Virus record (IMG/VR): IMGVR_UViG_3300028293_000002
Coordinates: 1-53,287 of that record
Direction: 5' to 3' (one strand)
DNA length: 53,287 nt
Source of the DNA: a virus
Lineage: Duplodnaviria; Caudoviricetes
The position numbers and the translations under genes were made by a program. Positions 17,734 through 26,692 of this stretch are shown here, piece after piece. How positions within the stretch are numbered: position 1 is the first letter of the stretch; each line of letters opens with the position of its first letter. Below the pieces are notes generated by a model that did no database searches, was not told where the DNA came from, and saw only the letters and a list, made by a program, of their open reading frames with translations.

Positions 17734-19218
17734 TCACGCGCCTAGCTTCGCCACGCGGGTCGCGACCGTCGCAACGGTCGCGTCTCGTTCCTTGATCGCG
17801 TTCATCACGTCGCCCCAATCGTCCACGGGCGCCGGCGTGGCGGGCTGTGAGGATTGAACAGCCGCTTTCGCCGGCGCCGTGGTTCCCGTGAGCCGCTTGG
17901 CAAGGCTCGCGGCCTTGGTTCGCTGTCCGTTGCTGATCGGGGCCTTGCTAGTCGCGACCTGCTCCAGAAGCGCCGCGGCATCGCGGACGGTGCCCGTCTC
18001 CGCTTCCTGAACCGCCTTCTGCCGTTCACCCCACCAGCCACGCACGAGGGCACGGGACTTCTGCCGGGCCACGAGTCGCTGTTCGCGCTCATCGTCAGCC
18101 GCGAGTTGTTCGGGAGTGAGCGCCTTGCGCCGCTCGTCGCGCTGCTCCGGCGTCTCCAGCTTGAGGCTCTTTTCGGTGGGCTTGTCGTCTTCCTTCGGCT
18201 CCTCTTCCGGGTCGCCCAGCTTCTCCATGCTGGGGTATCGCTCCTCGTAAACACCCTTGATATGAGACGCAAGGGCATGGATCTTCTCATGCACGCCGCT
18301 GTAGGCTTCGCTGCTCTCCGGCTCCAGCGACTTGCCCTGCTCCTCGGCGAATTCGGACATGGCCAATGCCATTTCGTACATGGCGGCGCCGTACTGGGCG
18401 CCGTGCGGCCGGTGGTCGTCGCTCATGGGCTTGTCTCCATAAAGGCAGGCCGCACCTTTGGCGACCGTGGGTGGCTTGCACTTGTCGCAGCCGCAGTTGG
18501 CAGCGCACGGATGCAACTGTGCGCCGCACGTTTGCAAACGTGCGCCTTGCACGATGGGTGCACGCGCCGGCAGCATGGGCAGGAACAGTTGGCGCAAGCT
18601 GTCCACGACGGGCTTGCCGCCGAGTCCCTTTTCGATGGCAACGACGAGGGCCTCGGGATTGTCGGGAATAAAAACGTGGGACCACTCAAAGAGCAGACAT
18701 TCCTTGATTAGCGCGAACGGCCCGTCACCATTCTTGCTGCGCACCATCTCGATTTGACCGGCCTTCGGCTTGATCTTGATTGACGCACCCGGCAACGCCC
18801 CCATTTCTATAAGCCGGAACGCCTGCTCGCTTTCGAGGGAGTTCTGGAAGAAATACGACGTGCCGAATGTGTCCTCGCCGATCAGTCGCTTGGTGTAGTT
18901 GCCGTCTTGATCTTCTGCGCGAGCAATCGGCATGGTCGCGTTGTGTTGAAGCAAAACGAGCCTATGATGCTGGTGCATTGAATCGTCAATGCCCTTGCCG
19001 ATTACAATGTCATTGCTCAAGTCAGGCGTTGGCGTACTCAGCCTTGACGTTACGCACATCTTCCCAACGTCCACGTCCACCGACTTGGCCGTGTAAGCGC
19101 TAACCATCCCGGCGGGCCATTGCTTCACGCGATAGCCTTCTAGCTGCCTAACGCCTGGTACGCCGCGCGCGGCTAGAAGAAGCTCAAATTGTTCGATGTC
19201 TAAGTTTTTCTCTGCCAT
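17734..19218 (-). CDS. HK97-family prohead protease with a C-terminal scaffold-like extension (494 aa)
   Basis: VLLQHN (His), GASI (Ser), LFEWSHVFIPDNPEA; helical C-terminal half. Confidence 0.85.
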   Translation of the reverse strand: MAEKNLDIEQFELLLAARGVPGVRQLEGYRVKQWPAGMVSAYTAKSVDVDVGKMCVTSRLSTPTPDLSNDIVIGKGIDDSMHQHHRLVLLQHNATMPIARAEDQDGNYTKRLIGEDTFGTSYFFQNSLESEQAFRLIEMGALPGASIKIKPKAGQIEMVRSKNGDGPFALIKECLLFEWSHVFIPDNPEALVVAIEKGLGGKPVVDSLRQLFLPMLPARAPIVQGARLQTCGAQLHPCAANCGCDKCKPPTVAKGAACLYGDKPMSDDHRPHGAQYGAAMYEMALAMSEFAEEQGKSLEPESSEAYSGVHEKIHALASHIKGVYEERYPSMEKLGDPEEEPKEDDKPTEKSLKLETPEQRDERRKALTPEQLAADDEREQRLVARQKSRALVRGWWGERQKAVQEAETGTVRDAAALLEQVATSKAPISNGQRTKAASLAKRLTGTTAPAKAAVQSSQPATPAPVDDWGDVMNAIKERDATVATVATRVAKLGA

Positions 19219-19772
19219 TAACCTGCCTCCGAAAGCAGGCCAAGCAATTGTCCACTGTCTACATCAGGTTCATACAGCCGCAACACGTCTTTCGCATGCG
19301 CCACCAAATCGACCACCCTCTGTCCGGGTGTGTGCTGTTTGACCCACAATTCAAGATTCTCAATTCTGTTGTCGTGTCTGATTCCATTCTTGTGATGGAC
19401 GGTTTCGCCTTTCAGAAGCCTCCGGCCCAAATGAGCCTCCATCACTAACTGATGTTCCTTTACGGATCGTCGTTTACCATCCCTCATAACCCACATCTGC
19501 ACATATCCATTGCTGCAAAATGTTTTCCCGCCTTTCCAATTAGGGCTGGACTCGCCACTTTGCTGGCCTATAGCCATCACTTCAGTTCTCCAGCATCCGC
19601 AACTTCTTGTTGCTCCAACCCTGAAACTTCCGTGACTAACTATTTTTGTGTTCCCGCAATCGCACTTTGCTATCCACGTCGACCTGTTGCGCTTGTCTCT
19701 TGGCCCGCGAGCGATAATAACGAGCCGGCCTTTTCGCTCGCCAATTCGACACTTAGGCGGTGGCATAGCCAC
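19218..19772 (-). CDS. Free-standing HNH homing endonuclease (184 aa)
   Basis: KCDCG...SCGC N-terminus; PNWKGG; VHHKNGIRHDNRIENLEL; visibly AT-richer than the genome. Confidence 0.9.
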   Translation of the reverse strand: MAMPPPKCRIGERKGRLVIIARGPRDKRNRSTWIAKCDCGNTKIVSHGSFRVGATRSCGCWRTEVMAIGQQSGESSPNWKGGKTFCSNGYVQMWVMRDGKRRSVKEHQLVMEAHLGRRLLKGETVHHKNGIRHDNRIENLELWVKQHTPGQRVVDLVAHAKDVLRLYEPDVDSGQLLGLLSEAG

Positions 19773-21370
19773 TAGTTCACCCCCGCGCCGACGTGGAAGC
19801 CGTTGAGAAGGTGCTGGTACATCTTGTCGCGCACCGACGGCCCGGCCGGCTTCTTCTTGACGCCAGTGCTGCTCTCGTCCGACGCGTCGTTACCGGCATC
19901 GCCTTCGCCCACCTGCACGCCGGGCAGGTCGGGGTTGCTATCGTCTTCGACCTGCTCCCGCAGCGACTTCCGCACGCCCACGAACTCGTCATCCCGCTCG
20001 TCGCCGAAGGGCGGCAGGCCGATCTGCGCCCGGAACTCTTTCACCGTGACCGCGTTGCCAGCCTGGATCATCACGCCCAGCCGGCGGTCCATGACTTCCG
20101 GGTCGTCAAACGACTTGGCGGAAATTTGCACTTCGAGCGATTCGTCGCCGCTCTCCTCATGGAGCAGGCGGGTCAACTCGCTGGCAATGAGATCCAACTC
20201 AGGCTGAATGGTCAGCTCGATAGCTTGCTTCAGTTGCACATAGTAGGCGCTGTAGGTGCCGGTGTCGCTCGGCATCCCGCACGCCACGCCGGGCATGCCT
20301 TGGATCGACAGCACTCCATCGCGGGCCTGGGTGCGCGAGTCCTTGTAGTCGAGTTCGGCCGGCGAGCGGTGGACCTGCTCCGGCTTGCAGTCCTGAATGA
20401 TCCAGATTTTCCCGCGACCCGCACTGCCTCCGCGGTTCGCCTTGATCATTTCTTCGATGCGGTCGAGTTCGGGCGCGTCGACCTGTTGCGTGCCGTTGAT
20501 AGACAGGATCACGCTGGGGTCAACGACATTGTTCATCGCCGCCCACGCCGCCTGGTCAATCTCTTCCGCGAGGTCCGTCTGCACGCTGCCGGCGTTCAAC
20601 GGGGATTGCCCGTCCGCCATGAGGATGGCATGCGGCCAGCGGATCGGGTGCATGTCGCGAGCGTCGATCAGGATGCCCGCTGCGGCGCCAACACTGCTGC
20701 CGCTGGGGATCGGGGCTAGCCCGCCCGTGAGCGTGAACAGTCCCGTCGCCGTGACCCAGTAGGCGCCCAGCGGGTACGAAGCGCTCGGCATCTGCGGCCG
20801 GGCAAGCGCCGTGGGAATCACCCACAACTCGCTCAGCTTGCCGCCCCGGTCACGCACCTTCCAGAGCAACGCCGAGCCAGTCAAGTCGAGCTGCTGAATG
20901 ATCTGGTAACGCCAGAGCGCACCAGACCACCTCGGGTTAGGCTTCTCCAGAAGCCGCACGAGGTCATTCGCGGGCGGGAGCGGGGTGCGGTCGTATTCCT
21001 GCTGGTCGTGGGCACTCGACTTCGTGCGCGTTGTGTCGTCTGGCTTTTTCGGCGTCCGCTTAAAGACACGGATGGACGCTTGCGCGGCTTGCTTTGCCTT
21101 GCTGTGAATGGCGCAGTAGTTCCAGCTTGTAAAGTGCTGGGCCTCTTCGGCATGGTCGCTGGCCCACCAGCCCGGCCCCTGTCCCATCATGGACATGCGG
21201 AGCGTTTCGTTCACCTGCTTGCTGTGATCGGCCTGCTTCTCGGTGAGCGTGTTGGGTCGGTCGGCGGAACCATAGACGGTGCGGGCGCGGGTCTTTTCGG
21301 CGCGCGGCGGCACGGCGTTCGGCTTTTCGCCACGCCAGCCCAACCACCGCTTTAGACCCGCGAGTGCCAT
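19772..21370 (-). CDS. Portal protein, HK97-like (532 aa)
   Basis: LL..PNP, LDLTGSA, LSELW.IP, GQSPL, T.KEFRAQIGLPP motifs. Confidence 0.92.
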   Translation of the reverse strand: MALAGLKRWLGWRGEKPNAVPPRAEKTRARTVYGSADRPNTLTEKQADHSKQVNETLRMSMMGQGPGWWASDHAEEAQHFTSWNYCAIHSKAKQAAQASIRVFKRTPKKPDDTTRTKSSAHDQQEYDRTPLPPANDLVRLLEKPNPRWSGALWRYQIIQQLDLTGSALLWKVRDRGGKLSELWVIPTALARPQMPSASYPLGAYWVTATGLFTLTGGLAPIPSGSSVGAAAGILIDARDMHPIRWPHAILMADGQSPLNAGSVQTDLAEEIDQAAWAAMNNVVDPSVILSINGTQQVDAPELDRIEEMIKANRGGSAGRGKIWIIQDCKPEQVHRSPAELDYKDSRTQARDGVLSIQGMPGVACGMPSDTGTYSAYYVQLKQAIELTIQPELDLIASELTRLLHEESGDESLEVQISAKSFDDPEVMDRRLGVMIQAGNAVTVKEFRAQIGLPPFGDERDDEFVGVRKSLREQVEDDSNPDLPGVQVGEGDAGNDASDESSTGVKKKPAGPSVRDKMYQHLLNGFHVGAGVN

Positions 21371-21822
21371 TAGTGGATTTTCAACTCCCGCATGACCGAG
21401 TTACCCCGCGCCCGCTCTGCTGTCGCCAGGATGCCGGCGCCAACGGACATGAACCCGCCCCATTGCGTGTAGCGGCCCTTGAGGTAGCTATTGAAGAACC
21501 GACCCCAGCTACCCGCCGTGATCCAGGCGCGGAACGTCGTGAAGCCCATGCCGCCGAAGGTGTAAATCTTCCCGCCCCGCCGGACCCGCATTTGCGCGTA
21601 ACCGGCAACGGGGTTGAACCGTAACGCAGCGATCCACGAACTGCTGCCGCTCTGCCAATCCCGGTACTTCATCTCTTCCGGGTTGGCGTTGGACAGGAGC
21701 GCTTGCCGTTCGTTGGGGGTGAGCAATCGCGGCGTCGTCGTTGCCGGCGAAGCAGAGGCTGGCGCCGGGGCCTCTCGACCCCCGCCGCGAATGGCTCGGA
21801 AAAGGAATGAAAGCAGTCCCAT
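21370..21822 (-). CDS. KTSC-domain protein
   Basis: SSSWIAALRFNP...GGKIYTF...AGSWGRFFNSYLKGRY matches the KTSC pattern; start at ATG 21822 (or GTG 21834). Confidence 0.8.
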   Translation of the reverse strand: MGLLSFLFRAIRGGGREAPAPASASPATTTPRLLTPNERQALLSNANPEEMKYRDWQSGSSSWIAALRFNPVAGYAQMRVRRGGKIYTFGGMGFTTFRAWITAGSWGRFFNSYLKGRYTQWGGFMSVGAGILATAERARGNSVMRELKIH

Positions 21823-21841
21823 TCTCGGGTACACTTACCCC

Positions 21842-22093
21842 ATGAAATTCGACTTTAGTTCCATCCCCGGCTGCGTCGTCTGGATCGAAACCAGCAAGGC
21901 GCAAGGCGCGGTCAATAAACTCCGCGAGATTAAGGGCACGGCCGGCGACTTCTTTTGCTGGGAAGATCCCAACGAGGAAGGCGAGGGTCTCGTCGTTGCC
22001 TATGATCGAACGCTGACCGCGGAGGAAAGCGCCAAGGTCGAAGCGGCCATAGTTGAATCACGGCAACCGCCCATGACGGACCTACCGGGATAG
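21842..22093 (+). CDS. 83-aa counter-oriented protein, probably leaderless
   Basis: ATGAAA-17-TACACT-6-ATG upstream; fills the gap between KTSC and rSAM-GT. Confidence 0.6.
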   Translation: MKFDFSSIPGCVVWIETSKAQGAVNKLREIKGTAGDFFCWEDPNEEGEGLVVAYDRTLTAEESAKVEAAIVESRQPPMTDLPG

Positions 22094-22136
22094 GGTAAAG
22101 CGGTGCGTTTGCTGTTAACAAGAAAGAAGTGAGAAA

Positions 22137-23990
22137 TTATTCTCGGTAGTAGGCCACATGCACATGATACTCTTCCCCGATGTCCAGCCCGCAGAACAGC
22201 AGCCCGCCCTTGCCGTTGCTGTCCACGATGGTCTGCGGGATCGTGCCGTCAGCCACTTCGATCTCAACTGACTCCCCGTCGCGCGTCTCGGTCAGCCGTA
22301 ACCGATGCGGGCCGGTGCCGCTGAGTTCTTCCGTGGCGACGTACTGACCGCTCGGGCAAATCATCCCGCACTGACGCCAGCCGGCGCGGTTGCCGTTCCA
22401 CCCGTCGCCCAGGTGGGCCTCATGGGCGATATGAACGCAGGCGAGCTCGGGCACAATCACCCGCTTGTCGCGCGGCCAGCGCTGGAGGAAAAAGCTGTCC
22501 ACACCGCCGGCACTACAGAACGTCTCGGGCATCACTGGCCACTCGCGGCCGGCTAGGGCGGAGGCGCGAGGGTGCCAGAGGGCGAAGTAGCCGTTCGGTT
22601 CGGTGTTGATGCCGGCGAGCGGGCCGTTTTTTTTGTTCGTGTTCTCCGCTGGCCACAAACCCGTCTCGGCGATCGTCTCAGGAACGCCGTTCCCGTGATC
22701 GTGCCGTGGCACGCCGTACAAAACCCCCGGATTCCACGAGTGCCCGTAGAAGTGCTCCCGCAGCCCAGGATTCAGGAACACGTCGCACGTCACCCACAGA
22801 ATCCAGTCGTGCCCCGGTGCCAACCGCCTCAGCCCGTCGTTCTGTATCTTCCCCAGGTTGAAGGCATCGCCGCCCTCGTGGCAGCGGTTGCTGATGACCG
22901 TGACGGCTTCCGGGTTCTCGCCCAACACGCGCTGCGTTTCAACATCGTCTTCGGTCGTCACCACGATCAATTCATCGACCAGCTTGAGATTGTGCGGGAG
23001 CGTGAGCCGCAGGTGCTCGGCACGGCCGACGCAGACGGTGATGGCGGAGAGTTTCTTCGGGCGAACGTGGGGGTTGTCGACGGCAACGCGAGGACCAGCG
23101 GTATAATTGTCCTTTGTGGTCACGCTGCGATTCTCCGCGATATGCTCGGGTCCGTAGGCGTCGAAGCGGTTGCCCTTGATGGCTGGCGATCCCACGAGCT
23201 GCAAAGCGACGCGGTTCCGGTCGCTCACAATGTCGCGGTCACGGGCGTCTACGGATGACGGCCCACGTTGGGCAAGGGAGCAATTATCGCACAGCTTGAG
23301 CATGTCGCCGAAGTCTTTCGGCTCGCGCTTCCACCAGCCTGGCTCGACTTTCCAGGCATGTTTGCCTCCGTAGAACGTGCGGTCGATGCTGGCCATCACT
23401 TCGCACGGGTACGCGCCGTGCGGGTTGATCGTGGCGCTCCAGAGGTTTTGGACCCAGCAGGCATCGCGCGCCGCTTCCCAGGCTTGAGCGGTTGTTCCAG
23501 TAGCTGCGCAGTAATCGTCACGATGAATGAGTGCGGCCTGATGAAGTCCGCCCGCGGTATGATCATTCGGGTTCCAGTGGGAAAACGTGTCATTAATTGC
23601 TTCAACATGGTCGCGGAAGCGAGGTCCAAAGCTCGTCCAAAGGCCGCGCCCGTTTCCTCGGTCGAATAATCGCCGCCGAGCAAAGGCATCGAAATCCTGT
23701 ATCGGATTCCTTCCTTCAATGCAGTCCTGCCCCGGTCGCCACTCGGCTTTGAAGACATCGCACATCTCCTCGAATCGAGAATGCACCGTCGGCTCGCCAC
23801 CGATGAGGCCCACGACCCGGCCCGGCGCGTCCCAGCCGCGCAACGACCGCAGCGCCGCGCGCAACTGCTCCGGCGTCATTTCTTCCGTCTTCGACTGGTG
23901 GGCGATGAGGCGCGTGCAGTTGCTGCAGTTCAGGAAGCAGCGATTGGTGATGTCGGCGAGGATGATGTCCATCGCGGCGGGCGAGCGCAT
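22137..23990 (-). CDS. Radical SAM / glycosyltransferase (GT-A) fusion protein (~617 aa)
   Basis: ITNRCFLNCSNC (CxxxCxxC), GGEPTVH, twitch-like CWVQ...YPCEV...CDNC; C-terminal LSAITVCVG...DELIVVT...DWILWVTCD...PNGYFALW. Confidence 0.85.
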   Translation of the reverse strand: MRSPAAMDIILADITNRCFLNCSNCTRLIAHQSKTEEMTPEQLRAALRSLRGWDAPGRVVGLIGGEPTVHSRFEEMCDVFKAEWRPGQDCIEGRNPIQDFDAFARRRLFDRGNGRGLWTSFGPRFRDHVEAINDTFSHWNPNDHTAGGLHQAALIHRDDYCAATGTTAQAWEAARDACWVQNLWSATINPHGAYPCEVMASIDRTFYGGKHAWKVEPGWWKREPKDFGDMLKLCDNCSLAQRGPSSVDARDRDIVSDRNRVALQLVGSPAIKGNRFDAYGPEHIAENRSVTTKDNYTAGPRVAVDNPHVRPKKLSAITVCVGRAEHLRLTLPHNLKLVDELIVVTTEDDVETQRVLGENPEAVTVISNRCHEGGDAFNLGKIQNDGLRRLAPGHDWILWVTCDVFLNPGLREHFYGHSWNPGVLYGVPRHDHGNGVPETIAETGLWPAENTNKKNGPLAGINTEPNGYFALWHPRASALAGREWPVMPETFCSAGGVDSFFLQRWPRDKRVIVPELACVHIAHEAHLGDGWNGNRAGWRQCGMICPSGQYVATEELSGTGPHRLRLTETRDGESVEIEVADGTIPQTIVDSNGKGGLLFCGLDIGEEYHVHVAYYRE

Positions 23991-24457
23991 CAATCGTCCT
24001 CCAATCCGAGCGCCGCGTATTCCTCCGGCGTCACTTTGGCACGCACCGAGTCCAGTAGCTTACGCCGTTCAAGCGCACGCTCACGGCGCTGGCCTTCAAA
24101 GCGCTCCCGCTCCTCATCGGCCTTTTTCTTGGCTTCCGCCCTCTGCTCGTCTGACCACTGAGAGAACCGCTGCCCGTGGTCAGACGGAAGGCATCGAATA
24201 ACGGAGCCGGGGTCAAGGCTCATGATCGTACCGTCTTCCCAAAACAGTCGCCCGCCAAGCGCCTCGAATCGACCGCCATCGGGCGAGAAGTACAGACCGT
24301 CTGCAATGTTCATCACGGCTCCCTCCAGCGCCTCGATTCGTTCGGTGAGACGATACATCGGCACGTCGATCATATGCGGAATGTCGCGCATACACTCTGT
24401 ACAAGTGTTGGAACCGCACCGCCGCTTGCTCTCGGCCAGCAGTTCAGCGTCTGTCAT
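23990..24457 (-). CDS. Hypothetical protein (155 aa)
   Basis: Coupled ORF; coiled-coil C-terminus. Confidence 0.65.
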   Translation of the reverse strand: MTDAELLAESKRRCGSNTCTECMRDIPHMIDVPMYRLTERIEALEGAVMNIADGLYFSPDGGRFEALGGRLFWEDGTIMSLDPGSVIRCLPSDHGQRFSQWSDEQRAEAKKKADEERERFEGQRRERALERRKLLDSVRAKVTPEEYAALGLEDD

Positions 24458-24675
24458 CGCCCCAGCCTCCCCATCTCGCTATCCTTCGCCAGCAGCATCA
24501 GCGTCAGCACGAACAGCACTGCGACCCCGCACACCGACACGGTTCCCACCACCACCAGCCGCACCCACAACGGCATCCCGCGCCACTCGTCCCGGTGCCC
24601 GATCAGTTCCAACGGCACCTGAATGAGCCGGCAGACGGCATAGGTGGCGACGAGCAGGCCGAGGATGGTGATCAT
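24454..24675 (-). CDS. Two-TM membrane protein (73 aa)
   Basis: Two hydrophobic helices; ATGA overlaps. Confidence 0.65.
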   Translation of the reverse strand: MITILGLLVATYAVCRLIQVPLELIGHRDEWRGMPLWVRLVVVGTVSVCGVAVLFVLTLMLLAKDSEMGRLGR

Positions 24676-24902
24676 GCCGGCGCCATCTCGGCCTCGATCT
24701 CGGCGATGAGGTTGTCGGCCACGTCCTCCGTCAGCTTCTCGCCGACGACGATCTGGCCTGTGTTCTTCAGGTACAGCAGCACGGTGAACTGCTTTTCGAG
24801 CATCGTGGTGTATGTCGTCTTCTTCTCCGTGGCGATGATCTCGCTCTTGCGGACACTGAACTCGCGCTCCTTGTTGACACGATGCTTTACCCAGTCGGAC
24901 AT
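24672..24902 (-). CDS. Hypothetical protein (76 aa)
   Basis: AAGGAG RBS; coupled. Confidence 0.65.
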   Translation of the reverse strand: MSDWVKHRVNKEREFSVRKSEIIATEKKTTYTTMLEKQFTVLLYLKNTGQIVVGEKLTEDVADNLIAEIEAEMAPA

Positions 24903-24915
24903 TTCGGCTTCTCCT

Positions 24916-25836
24916 TTAGGGGAATTCCACGTCGACCAGTTCGCGTGCCTCTGCGATCATGCTATTCGTCTCGTGCAGCTTGCAACAGACCTGGCAGTTG
25001 TGTGCCACCGGCACCGACGCCGGCGCACGGGCCAGGATGCTCGGCAGCGACTCCTGATCCAGCCGCCCGAGTATGTACTCGTCGCCCTTGCCACGCATGT
25101 ACGCGCAGACCGACACCTCGCTCGTCTCCCACACGAACACGCCGCCAACGTGATACCCTTCGCACTGGCTGTACCCGTGCCGCTTGCGGGCCTCGGTGAA
25201 CTTGTAATCCGTGACCTGCAACAGCGGATGTTCGATCCGTGGCGGTTCGATGTCCACCGTCTCGCCGTTCTGCTTGAGGGCCGGGCGTATTTGGACGTAA
25301 TCCGCTTGCACGTCTTCAGCCAGGTGCAAAGTCTGCCATAGATAGTCGTCATCCTGCGGGCCAGCATAGTTGAACGCGAACCCGAGTGTCTTGGCGGCGC
25401 GGAGCGGCTTGATGCAGTCGGGTTTGTACGGCTTGTCGGTCATCGTGACGCGAATCCATTCCATCAGCGACGGGTCGTAGCGCGGAGCGGCGAGAGCGTT
25501 GGTGAACATGCCTTGCTTGAGGCGAAGGCAGTGAGCCGCAATAACAGCTGCGGATATGTGCGGGTAAAGCGACGGTTCGCCGCCACCCGTCCACGAAATC
25601 GACTTAACCCCCATCACGGACGCGTCGACCAGCATGTAATCGAGGACATACCAGTCGAGCATGACGTTTCGGTGCGAGCCGATGGCGCCGCTGGAATACC
25701 CGCAGAAATCGCACGACGCCTGGCACAACCCGGACGGACTGACCTCGATATTCACCGGCACGACGGGCTTGCCGGCCATGTATGCCGAGAACGACGGCGA
25801 GAGAGCGAGCTTCAGGCGCGGGGCGAAGTGGATCAA
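24916..25836 (-). CDS. Radical SAM enzyme with a twitch/SPASM-like C-terminus (306 aa)
   Basis: SGLCQASCDFC, WTGGGEPSL, FTN, SQC...VCAY...LG.L...CQVCC. Confidence 0.9.
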   Translation of the reverse strand: MIHFAPRLKLALSPSFSAYMAGKPVVPVNIEVSPSGLCQASCDFCGYSSGAIGSHRNVMLDWYVLDYMLVDASVMGVKSISWTGGGEPSLYPHISAAVIAAHCLRLKQGMFTNALAAPRYDPSLMEWIRVTMTDKPYKPDCIKPLRAAKTLGFAFNYAGPQDDDYLWQTLHLAEDVQADYVQIRPALKQNGETVDIEPPRIEHPLLQVTDYKFTEARKRHGYSQCEGYHVGGVFVWETSEVSVCAYMRGKGDEYILGRLDQESLPSILARAPASVPVAHNCQVCCKLHETNSMIAEARELVDVEFP

Positions 25837-26063
25837 GCCTTCGGCCTTCCCGTGGTAATTGTCGTTAATTCGATAACCAGCTTTGCCAGCAGATCATCGC
25901 TCAAAAGATGCTGATCATGATCGGCGTAGTAGACGTTCCAATGCAAGACGGCTTCAATGGCCTTCTGGATCATTTCTGACTCGACAACAGCAACTGCTCG
26001 CCGTTCGGCATTTCGGCTCGCTTCGCTGAGCTGTTCATGAGTGAATGGCTCGTCGCTTACCAT
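25833..26063 (-). CDS. Hypothetical protein (76 aa)
   Basis: In operon; TTGA overlap with the rSAM gene. Confidence 0.6.
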   Translation of the reverse strand: MVSDEPFTHEQLSEASRNAERRAVAVVESEMIQKAIEAVLHWNVYYADHDQHLLSDDLLAKLVIELTTITTGRPKA

Positions 26064-26067
26064 CGCC

Positions 26068-26415
26068 TCACCCCCTCCACCACGCCGCCAGCCCCACGCC
26101 CCCGATCACCGCGAGCACGATGCCCACGACCACGCCGCACAGCATGCCAGCCCCGAAGGCGTAGACGTACTGCATCACCCCTTCCTGCAGCTCGGTTAGG
26201 CCGGGGCGGGTGACGCCGGAGCGAAAGCGATTGACTCTCCTGTCGTTCTCTTCGTTGGCACGCCGGATTTCTTCGGTGGTTGGGATGTGCCAGCGCGAAA
26301 CTTCGACGGGCTTGCCATCAGGCCCGGCAACGCTCTCTGTGCAGCCGCTGACCAGCGGCTGACCCGTCAAGTGCCAGTTATTTGGCGCGGTCAGGTCTTT
26401 GCCGTCCCAACTCAC
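26068..26415 (-). CDS. Hypothetical protein with a C-terminal TM helix (115 aa)
   Basis: GTGA overlap; hydrophobic C-terminus. Confidence 0.65.
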   Translation of the reverse strand: MSWDGKDLTAPNNWHLTGQPLVSGCTESVAGPDGKPVEVSRWHIPTTEEIRRANEENDRRVNRFRSGVTRPGLTELQEGVMQYVYAFGAGMLCGVVVGIVLAVIGGVGLAAWWRG

Positions 26416-26567
26416 TTCAGCCCCTCCCTGCCGTATTGCTTCTTGAGGACGCCTTGGAGCTTTTTCTTCAGCGGCTTTAGTTTCTTAGCGACTGCAACAT
26501 TTCGAGCGCTTGCCGATTGCATGAAATGCACCAATTCCTCACCGTACTGCTGGCCAAGCGGCTTCAT
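26412..26567 (-). CDS. 51-aa basic protein
   Basis: MKPLGQQYGEE...YGREGLK*; ATGA overlap within the junction motif. Confidence 0.6.
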   Translation of the reverse strand: MKPLGQQYGEELVHFMQSASARNVAVAKKLKPLKKKLQGVLKKQYGREGLK

Positions 26568-26692
26568 TTCAGCCCCTTCCGTCGTTTCTTCCATTCGAGG
26601 AATCCGAATACGAGCAACGACCCACCTTCGGCAACCGCGAAGATGATGCCAGCGCCCCAAATCAGGTAGGCCAGCAACAAATCCTCTCTCAC
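26564..26692 (-). CDS. 42-aa TM peptide
   Basis: MREDLLLAYLIWGAGIIF...KKRRKGLK*; GTGA overlap. Confidence 0.6.
   Translation of the reverse strand: MREDLLLAYLIWGAGIIFAVAEGGSLLVFGFLEWKKRRKGLK

Noticed and set aside
19218-19772. HNH gene as part of a group I intron or as the terminase-associated HNH
   Set aside because: Both neighbours are intact and abut it with no room for an intron core; the domain layout is that of a free-standing homing endonuclease
22137-25836. rSAM genes as QueE / 7-deazaguanine DNA modification
   Set aside because: No folE, queC, queD or dpdA seen; the twitch-like Cys and GT fusion point elsewhere
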